DNA of 63,074 bases, the filler included, from Octopus bimaculoides (lineage: Eukaryota), in NCBI RefSeq assembly GCF_001194135.2. It is 3 parts of 3 records of this genome, joined end to end, with 100 filler letters (N's around TTAATTAATTAA, not from the genome) between each part and the next. Parts side by side here need not be neighbours in the genome. Positions count along the whole stretch, not along the records: positions 37,506 to 63,074 come from NC_068988.1; 2 more parts are not named here. One strand, written 5' to 3'. A program made the translations under genes and the position numbers. The notes under the pieces were generated by a model. The model saw nothing but the letters and a program-made list of their open reading frames with translations, made no database searches and was not told the DNA's origin. Below, one piece after another: positions 37,506 to 49,422 of this stretch (positions are counted from its first letter, which is position 1; every line of letters starts with the position of its first letter).

Positions 37506-37894
37506 AAATGCTTTCTAATTGATGTATCAATACCAGCAGATGACAACGTTTCTCTAAAAGAAATGGAAAAACTTTCAAAATACAAAGACCTGGAAATAGA
37601 GATAACTCGAATGTGGAGTCTAAAAACAGAAACAATTCATAGTAGGTGCCTTAGGTATAATAAAAAAATATTCAGACAAATACATAACAAAAACACCAGG
37701 ACTTACAAATATATATAACATACAGAAAATTGCACTACTGGGTACTGCACACATTCTACGCAAAACACTTTCAATACAGTAAACATAAGAGCACCACAGC
37801 AAACCACAGCACATACCCAAGGCGCACAGAGCTGCGCTCGGTAGTGAAGTGAAAGCACGTTATAAAAATAAAACTACTGAACAATAATAATAAT
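37506..37894 (+). mobile_element. 3' end of an R4/Dong-like non-LTR retrotransposon (restriction-like endonuclease domain)
   Basis: CFLIDVSIPADDNVSLKEMEKLSKYKDLEIEITRMWSLKTETI, a frameshift, then IVGALGIIKK..LLGTAHILRKTLSIQ* (stop 37780-37782). IDVxIP..KExEKxxKYxDL is the RLE motif of R2/R4-type elements. Short 3' UTR ends in (AAT)4. Confidence 0.85.
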
Positions 37895-38343
37895 TCTTGT
37901 TAATTGAAAGAAAAAATATTATCTTTTTTATTAATCACAGGCCCCGGATTCAATTCTACGCCCCTCCAGTATTGAGTAAAATTAAAATCAAAGCATGCAA
38001 GCGATATTTAGTATTAAAAAATTGAGTGCTTGTTTTGTGTTAATTTGATAAAGCATGGCTGTATATCTATTTCATTTAAAGTTAGTATTAGTAATTTGAT
38101 AGGATAATGGGATATGTAATTGTAATTTTAAAAAAAATATTAGATCCTATATCTTTACTGTATGATATATAATTATTATATTGAAACAAATTACAAAAAA
38201 AAAAAAACTCGCAAAAAGTATAATGTGAAAATTAATCTTAAAAATATATTCTTAATTAAATAAAATTAATTAAGAAACTAATTCTAATATAAAGAATATC
38301 TTCAAGATAAAAGAACTTTTTATAAATTGCAAAAGAAATCGTA

Positions 38344-38366
38344 TTATGACCTATATAGCAACAAGC
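38344..38366 (-). CDS. Candidate terminal coding exon of the MAM gene (G-LLLYRS-stop)
   Basis: Strong acceptor ttttcacttttcatttgtttctcttcttactag 1.3 kb downstream of exon 39630. Phase 1 gives ..GYCIG LLLYRS*, followed by an AT-rich UTR-like stretch. No homology support. Confidence 0.3.
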
Positions 38367-39629
38367 CTAGTAAGAAGAGAAACAAATGAAAAGTGAAAAA
38401 TAGAGCAATTAAGAAGCAACTGATTAAAATACGAAAGTAGTTTGTCAATGAAATTATGAATGTGAAAGATTTATGCGTGTGTAAATTTTATTTTTAATTG
38501 ATATACAAAAACAATTAAAAGATATTTAATTTAACGGGACCAAAACTATGAAATTCCTTGCGGTGTCGTTGATAATGCTTTTCTTACCTCAATGATGCCG
38601 GTGACATATATTAAAAGTCCCTTTATAGAACTATATTCATAAAAAAGAATAGAACTATATCATCACCCTCAGATGTGAGAAACAAACACTCATAACATTT
38701 TTCTTTTAGAACTTCACTGCATGAGAATGATACCATGAAATGCCTCGAATTGAGCTCTGTCATTTAAACTTAACTAAAATATAGCTTGTTTTTAAAATAA
38801 AAATGTTAATTATACTTAAATTCAATTTTTTTGCCTTATATTTTTTCATGATATTTTACCTCATAACTTTTTTGATACAAATTTTGCATGGGACCAAAAC
38901 TATGAAATTTCTCATGTTTTCTTCTATCATTTAAGCTAAGATAAATATATTTCGTTTTTAAAGTAAAACAAAAAGTTATTTAGATCTAAACTTGATTGAA
39001 GGCGTTACTTACTCTCCTATAATGTTGCTACAAATTTTGATGTAAAATTTTTCTACTGGACCAAATCTCAATTTTTCATGCCAAAACGTAACTAGGGACC
39101 AGTCCTCTTCAAAAATGTTAACAGTTTTCAATTTATTTAAGAACTGAATTAACGACAAAGTTTGAAGTATGCTGCGTGTGAGTAAATTGCGGCCTTAAAA
39201 ATATAATTCAACTACTACCGTAGTTGAATGAGAATGATATGATTCTCCTGCCCTTCTGTCGCTACTAAACTTTTGTTCTCCGTAAGACCCCAAACTCTAA
39301 ACTCTCTGCACAGAAACCCATTTAAAACAATTTCTGCATTTTCCCAGCAAGATTTCTCGTGCCTTAACGGCCAACAATCCGAAACTTTACCCGTTCTATC
39401 ATTTCCCTTCTACCTGCCCCAATAGTTTACAAAAAATATTGATTTGTTGCTCACACTTACAATCTTGGCCAAGCATACTTAAGTTCATTGCTCAAGGACA
39501 CAACACAACCACTAACGTGAGTTACTCACTTCCAATACATCAATACAATGTACAAAACCTTTCACTACTATAACATACACAACAACAGTAATGTGGTTTA
39601 GAAAACTATTGAAACTACGGGAGTCTTAC

Positions 39630-39714
39630 CAATACAATATCCTGGATCAAGGGTAAAATCATCAAAGGCCATGTCACTTTTAAAACTGTAGCCACGAACA
39701 CCTTCAAAGACCAC
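39630..39714 (-). CDS. MAM-domain protein exon (C-terminal strands): VVFEGVRGYSFKSDMAFDDFTLDPGYCI
   Basis: Acceptor cttgtctcttttctag, donor G|gtaaga. 85 nt, phase 0 to 1. Matches the MAM motif VVFEGVRG...DIAxDD...C. Confidence 0.93.
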
Positions 39715-41337
39715 CTAGAAAAGAGACAAGTTAGAAATTCCAGAAGTAAAATAAATTATTTTAAACAAATCACTAAAGAGTAAAAATGCAAATTTGACAA
39801 TGATTGTTGTTTAGTTCACAGGACATACTTGATGGAGCAGATATTAACATTGGTAACCCGGTCAAACGATTAGAAGTGATCTAGAAATCCATCGTTACGT
39901 CTTTTGGAGGACAAAGCTAGCCAAATACACTTGCAGATTATTTGTTTATATACTGAAGCTAATAACCAGAGAAGGCCTGCAAAGGTACAACCTCTCCTTT
40001 ATTCACTGACAAATAGTTTAAATGTAAAGAGAGATATAGAAAGTAGTTAATTTAGTAGCAATCTGATAGATTGTTTGGCAATTTGTTTCTTTACCATTGT
40101 TATACTTTCTGGAAATATTGAACATTAGCTAAGTTGATCCAGCTAGTCATGAATAAACATCAATCCTTGCACACGCTACTATGAATATTAGTACACAGCA
40201 CCAGTATCTTTAATATTATTCAACATACTCCGTTATATCTTGTTTACAATACCTAGTGCAGTTAAGTAATTATGTCGGCCTGTAAGTTGTAAGTTTGTTG
40301 GAGCATGATTGAAGAATAGATCTTCAGATACTGATTCAACATTAGCATATTTCTTGTTTGCCGTACTTTTATAAGATTTATGTAAACTAAGGAGAAAAAG
40401 CACCATCCATTAGAAGTCCCAAACAAAAACAGATATGTTGACAACTATTGATAGAGTCACGTTAGACAATAAAATAACATTTAGCTTTTATGTTTTGACA
40501 GGTCTCTTTTCTAAAGCACACGACGATAGTAAGATAAAAATATTTGCTAGATTTATATTTATTTATCTGTATTTATTTAGTTATATAATAACGTATTTAT
40601 TTATTCATTTATTTACTTATTTATACATATAATAAAATTCACTTGAAAAGAAACATATAATATTTGAACGGAAATTTTTTTTCTTGATTGATTGCTTTTC
40701 ATTCTTTTTCATATTTCACCGAAAATATATTTATTTTTAAACAACATTGTTTGAACTTTATGCCACAGCAGTAGCAGCAGCAATAACACACATACATACA
40801 TATACACACATACATACATATACACACATACATACATGCACATACGCACATATACTACGCCGAGGAAAAAGTTCGTGCGCCGTGAGTTACCATTGAACAT
40901 GACATGAACTGAATGAATACACACACCACAAAAATATATAAAAAAGCATTATTTTAACACGAACTTTTTCCTCAACGAACTTTTTCCTCAACCTGATACA
41001 TATGCCTACTTACATACAAACGTACTCACACAAGCATACATATACACATATAAATACCACATTCACACACACACATATATACACACATAGACACACACAT
41101 GCACTCGTGCATAGATTCACTTGCATACGTACATATATACGGGCAGAGATTTGCATGCGTACGTACATACATACACACATAATAAGTATACATACATGCA
41201 GACGTACGTAAACGCGCATATACATACACGTATTCATTCATGCATACACAAAGAGAAGAAAGATCCAAATATGATACACAAAATATGAAAGACGATAGAT
41301 AAAACTGAAAAAAACTATGAAACATTTGGAGATTTAC

Positions 41338-41514
41338 CTGGAAGGGAGATATCGATGTGAAATCGATTGTAGCATAATGCCAGATTGGGCCTTGATTGTT
41401 GGATTTTGTCCATACAAGGTGAGGACCTGTTGAGTTTTTCACATACACATTCAATGTTCCCATAGATACACCATACATATTGTAGTAGAATGTGATACAT
41501 TTGGTTGATAAACC
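41338..41514 (-). CDS. MAM-domain protein exon: GLSTKCITFYYNMYGVSMGTLNVYVKNSTGPHLVWTKSNNQGPIWHYATIDFTSISPFQ
   Basis: Acceptor tttctttatgcctgtag, donor CAG|gtaaat. 177 nt, phase 0 to 0. Matches the MAM motifs CxxFxYxMYG..GTLNVY and WxxSGNQGxxW. Confidence 0.95.
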
Positions 41515-41594
41515 CTACAGGCATAAAGAAATGGTTTTACACAAGTAATAAACTCTATTTCAAAGAATTAGATGTATTTAAATTTATAATAGCA

Positions 41595-41679
41595 GTGATA
41601 TAATAAGGTGATATAATAAGTGATATAATAAGTGATATAATAAGTGATATAATAAGTGATATAATAAGTGATATAATAA
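41595..41679 (+). repeat. 12-bp tandem minisatellite (GTGATATAATAA)x7
   Basis: Seven units, one with an extra G, directly abutting a family A SINE head at 41680. Confidence 0.95.
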
Positions 41680-41732
41680 GGTGCAGGCGTGGCTGTGTGG
41701 TAAGTGGTTTGCTTCCCAACACATGGAGAGAT

Positions 41733-42215
41733 TCCCATTTGGTGTATGCAGCAGAATGCATCAAACTTAACTTGATTTATGTTAGTTGTACAACACAACA
41801 ATTAAACAAAAGATTTAATGGGCACAGATATGATGTCAGGCACAATAACAGTAGTTCGACAGAACTTGCTGAACATTTTGCATCAAACGGCTGCAATTTT
41901 GAAAAAGACTTGAAAGTGCATGTTTTCAGAAAATATCCTGAATCTGCTACATTTTCAGTACTCAAAATACTTGAGGAGAAATATGTTTGCGGGTTATTAA
42001 CATCACGCCCTGAAAGAATGAAAAAAATGACAGGAAGATTTCATCATATTTACACAAAACTGTTTGATTAAATATTCTTCTTTTTCCCTTTCTTTCTTTC
42101 CTTTTCTTTTTTCTTTTCTTTCCTTTTCTTTCCTTTTCTTTTTGCTGGTTGTAAAGTTGAAATTTGAAGGCTGATGATGTCATTCCATCAACGTGGAGAC
42201 GCTGGTTGCTCTAGT
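41733..42215 (+). mobile_element. 3' end of a Penelope-like element (GIY-YIG endonuclease and start of the pLTR)
   Basis: HLVYAAECIKLNLIYVSCTTQQLNKRFNGHRYD..ELAEHF...ILEEKYVCGLLTSRPERMK matches the PLE GIY-YIG pattern (VY..C...YVG.T...L..R...H, E..WI..L.T..P.GxN). Stop at 42071. Confidence 0.85.
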
Positions 42216-42398
42216 TCATATTTTGGATTTGAATTACTATAATTTTGAATTTTCATTTTCAACTCCACAATGACACGTTCAACCAATAAAATAACTATTG
42301 CAACCGCATCGCGCTCTTCGTATCGTCTATTTACCTTTGTGAAGAGTTACGTCAATCCTTTTTGCGAGCCTATTAGCAAACGCCTACTGCAACTGGCG

Positions 42399-42715
42399 TG
42401 GAGGCGCAATGGCCCAGTGGTTAGGGCAGCGGACTCGCGGTTTCGATTCCCAGACCGGGCGTTGTGAGTGTTTATTGAGCGAAAACACCTAAAGCTCCAC
42501 GAGGTTCCGGCAGGGGATGGTGGCAAACCCTGCTGTACTCTTTCACCACAACTTACTCTTACTTCCTGTTTCTGTTGTGCCTGTAATTCAAAGGGTCAGC
42601 GTTGTCACACTGTGTCACGCTGAATATCATCGACAACTACGTTAAGGCTGTTCTATTGATTGGATCAACTGGAACCCTCGACGTCGTAAGCGACGGAGTG
42701 CCAACAACAACAACT
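42399..42715 (+). mobile_element. tRNA-derived SINE, family C (with deletions)
   Basis: Head ggaggcgcaatggcccagtggttagg...ggtttcgattccc with A and B boxes. Body homologous to 16880-17180. (CAA)n tail. Confidence 0.88.
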
Positions 42716-42729
42716 GCAACTGGCAGCAA

Positions 42730-44760
42730 AATAGGAGAATTCCCACTTTTGTCTGTCGAGGACACACTGTTTATCGTGGACAAACTGGTTGGCGAGGGGC
42801 AAACTAGAAGTGTTCACGATAACCTCCATCTTCTGCGCTACATCATAGAGAGGGTGGGTAACGAAGCTGGCATGGGTGGGGCTCTGATAAATTTAGATCA
42901 ATCTAAAGCTTTTGATAGGGTCGACCATCAATACTTGGTGGCTGTCCTCAGGGTACCCGGTTTCAGTTTATTTTCCGCGGGTGGATCGCTGCTTTATACA
43001 GCAGCATCTGATCGGTTGTTCGGGTGAATGGTTACCTGTCGGAGCCATTCAGCATCTTGCGTTCAGTCAGTCACTGGTGCCCTCTCACCCTCCTTCTCTA
43101 TGTACTAACTCTTGAGCCATTACTGCGGAAGTTGAAGGCCTTCAGGTGTGTCCCGCGTGATCTAGGATACGGCAGAAGTGTGTCTGCTTACGGTGATGAT
43201 GTCACCGCCATAGTGTCGAACCACAGGCATATAGACCTGATTGGCAAAACACTACAGGAATATGAAGTGGGGACAGGAGCTGAAATTAACGCGGATTAGT
43301 CAGTGGGCTTCCAACTCGGCACCTGGAGAGGCAGTCCATGCCGTCCAACAGTGTGGTGGGGCGCTGGACAGACGGTTCCGTTCAGTTGCTCGGAGTTTGG
43401 TTTGGTCGGGACTCCCAGGTGAAGAACTGGGACGAGGTNNNNNNNNNNNNNNNNNNNNNNNNNNNNNNNNNNNNNNNNNNNNNNNNNNNNNNNNNNNNNN
43501 NNNNNNNNNNNNNNNNNNNNNNNNNNNNNNNNNNNNNNNNNNNNNNNNNNNNNNNNNNNNNNNNNNNNNNNNNNNNNNNNNNNNNNNNNNNNNNNNNNNN
43601 NNNNNNNNNNNNNNNNNNNNNNNNNNNNNNNNNNNNNNNNNNNNNNNNNNNNNNNNNNNNNNNNNNNNNNNNNNNNNNNNNNNNNNNNNNNNNNNNNNNN
43701 NNNNNNNNNNNNNNNNNNNNNNNNNNNNNNNNNNNNNNNNNNNNNNNNNNNNNNNNNNNNNNNNNNNNNNNNNNNNNNNNNNNNNNNNNNNNNNNNNNNN
43801 NNNNNNNNNNNNNNNNNNNNNNNNNNNNNNNNNNNNNNNNNNNNNNNNNNNNNNNNNNNNNNNNNNNNNNNNNNNNNNNNNNNNNNNNNNNNNNNNNNNN
43901 NNNNNNNNNNNNNNNNNNNNNNNNNNNNNNNNNNNNNNNNNNNNNNNNNNNNNNNNNNNNNNNNNNNNNNNNNNNNNNNNNNNNNNNNNNNNNNNNNNNN
44001 NNNNNNNNNNNNNNNNNNNNNNNNNNNNNNNNNNNNNNNNNNNNNNNNNNNNNNNNNNNNNNNNNNNNNNNNNNNNNNNNNNNNNNNNNNNNNNNNNNNN
44101 NNNNNNNNNNNNNNNNNNNNNNNNNNNNNNNNNNNNNNNNNNNNNNNNNNNNNNNNNNNNNNNNNNNNNNNNNNNNNNNNNNNNNNNNNNNNNNNNNNNN
44201 NNNNNNNNNNNNNNNNNNNNNNNNATTGCTGACCTGTGAGTTTATGTCGAAAACCCGCTGTCGCGTGTTGGATGGATCCTCTTTTGGCCGGGAGGGGAAG
44301 GTAATTTTTATTTACCTAGTGGCTGTAGCGAAAGAGGTAGTATGGTGGACCCGTTTGAAAGGACTAATGACAGGCACTTTCCTCTTTGGTCAAGCTCTCA
44401 TCAACTTTTTCAAGTTTCACTTAAAAAAGAAGTTGAGGGTGGAGAGGAAAGTGTTGCCTTGTAGCAAGTTTGTTGAAAGGTGGGTGAATGCTGGAAGAAT
44501 GGCCAGTGTAAAAGGACCAATTCTGAGCGTGCACCTGTAAACAAAAAAGAAGGGCTCTTACCCTGTCGTTCAGACACCCGTGATTTTATGGGTTTTTTCA
44601 CGAGGTCCCTAATACGCCACCCCTATTGGGAGTTTTAAATTGTTTAATTTAAATTGTTATTGTTTACACGTTCTAAAACCCATTGTATCGTCCTGTTTTT
44701 GTCTTTTATGTTGTATGTCTCTTAATGTAATTTTATGTTAGCCCTTGTGGCCAATAAACG
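42730..44760 (+). mobile_element. 5'-truncated Tx1/L1-clade LINE, copy 1 (RT to 3' UTR, partly in gap)
   Basis: DNLHLLRYII..LINLDQSKAFDRVDHQYL, NGYLSEPFSILRSV..LLLYVLTLEPLLRKL, VSAYGDDVT, QLLGVWFG, C-terminal ..KEVVWWTRLKG..FFKFHLKKK..VERWVNAGRM, then 3' UTR with AATAAA. Confidence 0.9.
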
Positions 44761-44789
44761 AATTAATTATTACTGTTGTTGTCGTCGAG

Positions 44790-46860
44790 GTAAGACGTGT
44801 TTTTCAGAGCTCCGTCAGGTAGAAATTTGTTGTTATTTTTCAAGCTTATTGACTGTGTATTTGTTGCTTTTTGTTTTCCGAACCCCTTTTGGTGTGCAAA
44901 AGGGGTGTCTTTTGTTGAAAATTTCCCTGTTTTAGGGGCGAATTTTGGACATTTTGTCTATTTAAATAAAAATTTGTTTTTCGTTTGACAAAAAAACAAG
45001 ATGGCTTCTTCTGTCGAAGGGAGTGGCAGTGGCTATTCTGACGACCAGTACTGCGAAGACTTCTCCCCTCTGAACAGCACAAGTATGAACATCACTAATA
45101 GCACCATCACTAACATGGAAAATGAAAAAGCAAGCGAAAACACCGCCAACTTCACCACCGACATGAACACAGTAAACACAAACGAAAACGAAGAATCAAA
45201 CAAGAAAAACAATAACAAAGCGACAACGGTTTCGCCTCGGCGGCGAAACAAACGAGAGAGTTAATTCATTTAACTATTGACGAGTTAAAAATGTAAAGAG
45301 TTTGTTGAGGAAGGAAGAAAATAATATTTTCCTTAACACACCACAACGACTAATAAAGGAAACACAGGAGAAAACAGTAATCTATAAATCATTGAATGTT
45401 AAAAAAATGAGAGTAGAAAGAGCAACTCAACAGCAACAAGAAATTGCGTTGAGACCTATATGAACGAATTAAACCTATGTGACGCGCGGACAAAGTTTCG
45501 CCACTGTGGAAGTACGCTTCGCAACGGTAGAAGAAGCAAGACAGCATTCCATACTGCCACCAAAAAACTGAAGAATTTCTGCTCCTGCCGACATACCTTG
45601 GTCGGCGCGTCAGCAAAATTAAAATTGGAGAGATGCCCCCGAAATAAATGTATGCTGGCTGGTGGCGGCTGCCCTCTATGATATAGAGGATAGCGCCAAT
45701 ATACTAGAGGTGCATAAATTGCATCAACAAAACTGAACGGGTCAGGGATTAAAGTTTCTTGTTCAAATTAAACAAGAAGCTATAAATTCTATCCCTGACG
45801 CCATAAATCTACTACACAGTACAAGACTGCTTTCTGTGGAAATGACGCGTTCCATTGGTCAGGCGTTCCATTTGCGGTCAGCAGCCGCTGAATGGAGGGC
45901 TGGGTACGCCGTGGTTACTGATATGCTGAGGTTGCGGCATTGCCAGCGTTTCATTGAAGGTGAGCAGTTGTGGTCACCGTTTGTAAGACACTACTCTAGC
46001 GTTCTATAGAAAGCAAGTGGAGGGAAAGTGAGTCGACTTTCTCGGGGAAACTCTGGGCGTCGATGAAGGTCAACTAACCGGTCCGTTTCGGCGAACTTTC
46101 GGGCCTGGGCTATGGATAACTTCCAGAAATTCCTTGCCTGGCAGCACTACCTAGGAGCGCTGCCTATTCTAGATAAACTTTACGCACACGGAAGTGCCGT
46201 CAGCCGGGCCTACCCGAGGTGCGCCTAGAACGATGAAATCGTTCTGTACGCCCTAGTCCAGTGCCGGAGTATTGCTGACCTGTGGGTTTATGTCGAACAC
46301 CCGCTATCACGTGTTGGACGAATCTGACTATCAGCTGAATCTATTGTGAGGATTGCCCCGCCACCCTCTTTTGGCCGGGAGGGGCAGGCAATTTTTTTAT
46401 TTGCCTAGTGGCTGTAGCGAAAGAGGTAGTATGGTGGACCCGTTTGAAAGGGCTTTAGGCAGACACTTTCCTCTTTGGCCAAGCCCTCATCGACTTTTTC
46501 AAGTTTCACTTGAAAAGGAAGTTAAGGGAGCAGGGGGGAAGTGTTGCCTTGTAGCAAGTTTGTTGAAATGTGGGTGAATGTTGGAAGAATGGCCAGTGTG
46601 AAAGGATCAATTCTGAGAGTGCACCTGTAAACAAAAAAGAAGGGCCCTTGCCCTGTTGTACAGGTACCCGTGGCTTTTGTGAGTTTTTCCACGAGGTCAT
46701 TAAAGCGCCCCCCCTACTGGAAGTTTTAAATTGCTTAATTTTAATTGTTATTATATTGTTTACACTTTGTAAAACCCATTGTATCGTCCTGTTTTTGTCT
46801 TTTATGTAGTATATCCTTTAATATAATTTTACGTGAGCCCTTGTGGTCAATAAAATAATT
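44790..46860 (+). mobile_element. Tx1/L1-clade LINE copy 2: putative 5' UTR and ORF1 fused to the ORF2 3' end (internal deletion)
   Basis: ORF 45001-45264 (MASSVEGSGSG.., Asn/Thr-rich) and decayed ORF1-like frames to ~45840. Then CPRCA..EIVLYALVQC..IADLW and a 3' end closely similar to 44225-44760. Assigning the 5' part to the same element is inference. Confidence 0.7.
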
Positions 46861-47340
46861 AATTCTATAGTTTACACGTTGTACGACCCATTGCATCGTC
46901 CTGTTTTTGTCTTTTATTTTGTATGTGTTTTGATGTAATTTTATGTAAGCCCTTATTATTAATTTCATTACCACATTTGTACAGTAATCGATTCAAATAA
47001 ATCCAACAATAGAAAAGTAAGGTTTCAAATGAATCTCAAAATTTTTTTAGAGCGTGCAAGCGTACCCCTTGCACCTCTTTTCCCGAACCTATGCGTAGAG
47101 TAATAATTTGTTATGTTCATATATTTCTCCACAATTAAATTTAAATGTTTGAATATGAAAATTTGTTACTTGAAACAATTTATATTTCATGGAGATAATA
47201 AGAAGCGACTAAATCAACTGTCTGTAACTATGTCCCCAACACCTCTAGAGCTATAAACACTCTTAACTACCAAAGAAAGTATTGTCACTTTCTGTGATGA
47301 TTTTTAATGTTTCCCTTCATATAATTTCTGTTCACCTTAC

Positions 47341-47417
47341 CTGAAACACTGGGGAATAAATAGCTGAATAGTCTCCTCTCATACGAGGGGCAGAGGCTTC
47401 AATGTAGAGGTATTTAC
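47341..47417 (-). CDS. MAM-domain protein exon: (G)KYLYIEASAPRMRGDYSAIYSPVFQ
   Basis: Acceptor atctatcattgtag, donor CAG|gtaagg. 77 nt, phase 1 to 0. Matches the MAM motif GxYLYIEAS.PR..GD.A.L.SP. Confidence 0.93.
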
Positions 47418-49422
47418 CTACAATGATAGATTCATAAAGGGTAATTAATTCCATAAATATATGTAATGATATATTTGTGATGGACTTTCATAAAAGGTAT
47501 ATAATAAATAAATTAATCAATAATGACGAGAATGACTTTTTCTTAGGTACCGGACCATATTTTGGGGAAAGATTCTGCCAGTTTGACTAATAGCAGTACT
47601 TGACAAATATGAGAATGTGATAAAGTACATTGGCTTCATTATAAGATATTTAGAACTTCACAGAGGATAAAGAATATAGATGTTAAATACTGGATCAAAA
47701 TAATTCTACTGACTGAAGATAAAGTAAAAATATGTGAGAAAGAAGCGAGCATGAGATTAAGAAAATTAGTAAAAAACATCCTTCTGAAATTCATTCATAG
47801 AGAAGTGCGCGCGCGTGTGAAGTGCTCAGTGAGAGTAGTTTGAGTACCTAGTAACTGACTTTACTCACTTCCTGTGCAACTCACTTCTTGTTCTACACAC
47901 TGTTCTGGTAATTGTTGAGTATGAGTGAACTAAATCGATTATCACAGCAATAACAAAAGTAATAGCAGCAACAGCAGCAACAATATTCTCCCAGTAAGGT
48001 AGATTGGATCATAAACATCTAAACTGTAAATTAATGTCACATTTAGCGGCTATGACAAACAGCCATGATGGTCAACAAGGCAACTTCTCTGTTGTTGCCT
48101 GGCCTGCTAAAGAAACAGCCAGTAATAACAGCTATATCTAGACATTAGACATGAATAGGAAGAATGACGTTTGGTGGGGGTAGATGAAGCGAAGGAAAGA
48201 TAAGTTAGGCTGAACCATCCCCAAGAAATGGAAAAGTTGGACTGTCAAAGATGGTGGGAGAAGAGACCAACTATGTATAAAAACGACAACTGCAACAACG
48301 TTAACATCGTCATCAACATTGTCAGCAATAACAGCATAATGAACAATTAAACCATTGACTACAACAATAACAAAAGTAACTATCAGAACGTAAGTAACAA
48401 GAAAAGCCAGACACGACACTTACAGCAAAAACAACAGCGACAATAATAAGAACAAGAATGAGAATAGAAAAGTTGGACTGTTCTACGTACAAAAAACAAA
48501 AAAAAACAAAAACAAAACAAAAACAAAAATGAAACCAGTGAATACTTTCTCTCCCCCTTTCAATAGAGATAGAATCCATGAAAATAATTTTGTATGACAG
48601 TTGTTCTACTCTGTTCCGGTGCTGGAACTATCCTCTTTTGGTCCTGAGAAAACAGTGACACTGCATCGATGCAGTGTGCAGCCTAGAACAGGGTCTGGTG
48701 CTTAAATTGCGCGTTTAACTGTAAAACAAGGTGGGCGAGAAGTAACAACGTTGTTGATGTTGACGACGGCGACGGTGACAACAACAACAATCCTTTGATG
48801 CCAGACAGACGGATCAAACTCTTATGAATTCTAGCAGTGAATTCTAGTAAATGGACATTATAGTCATTCATAAGGAAATTTTAGCTGATTGTTTGAAGGC
48901 AGTTTACATGGACATGTTGATATACTGGAATGAAAAAAGCAAAAGAAAAAAAAGTTCAGGTATAAATTTTTAGGTGAAATATAGAAGATACTGGTACCAT
49001 ACCGTGTACGCTACTCTACGCTACTCTACGCTACACTAATATACCATTTTTCACTGTTCTATAATATTGATGCACAGTCCTGTGTATCACAATAAAATAT
49101 CTTTGTTGTGTATTACAGACACACCTCAATATTTTGTCAATTTATATAGAATAAATGATTATAGCAACAAAACGACGTCAACAACAACAGAAATACTAAC
49201 AACATCAATAACAATAAGAAAACTAAATTATTGTTTTAATATCAACGATGTGGGGAGCCTGATGAATTTAAAATGAGCTTAATTCTGTTCTACCAGGAAA
49301 GAGAATGACGAACCACTGAGAGATGCGCGATCTGAATATGTTAATTGCGATATGGCCAAGAAGATGAGAGTGAGGTGAAAAAATATCATATAAAGCATCA
49401 CCAGAAATCTATCACTTCTATC

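Noticed and set aside
41595-41679. 12-bp array as a CRISPR or iteron-like structure
   Set aside because: The units are contiguous with no spacers, so it is a plain minisatellite.
15000-42460. A-box/B-box sequences as tRNA genes
   Set aside because: They are SINE heads continuing into SINE bodies, and no complete cloverleaf could be built.
48600-48660. Minus-strand GPKEDSSSTGT resembling the MAM TGPxxDHT motif
   Set aside because: A stop follows with no donor, and the true exon carrying this motif is at 55348-55497.
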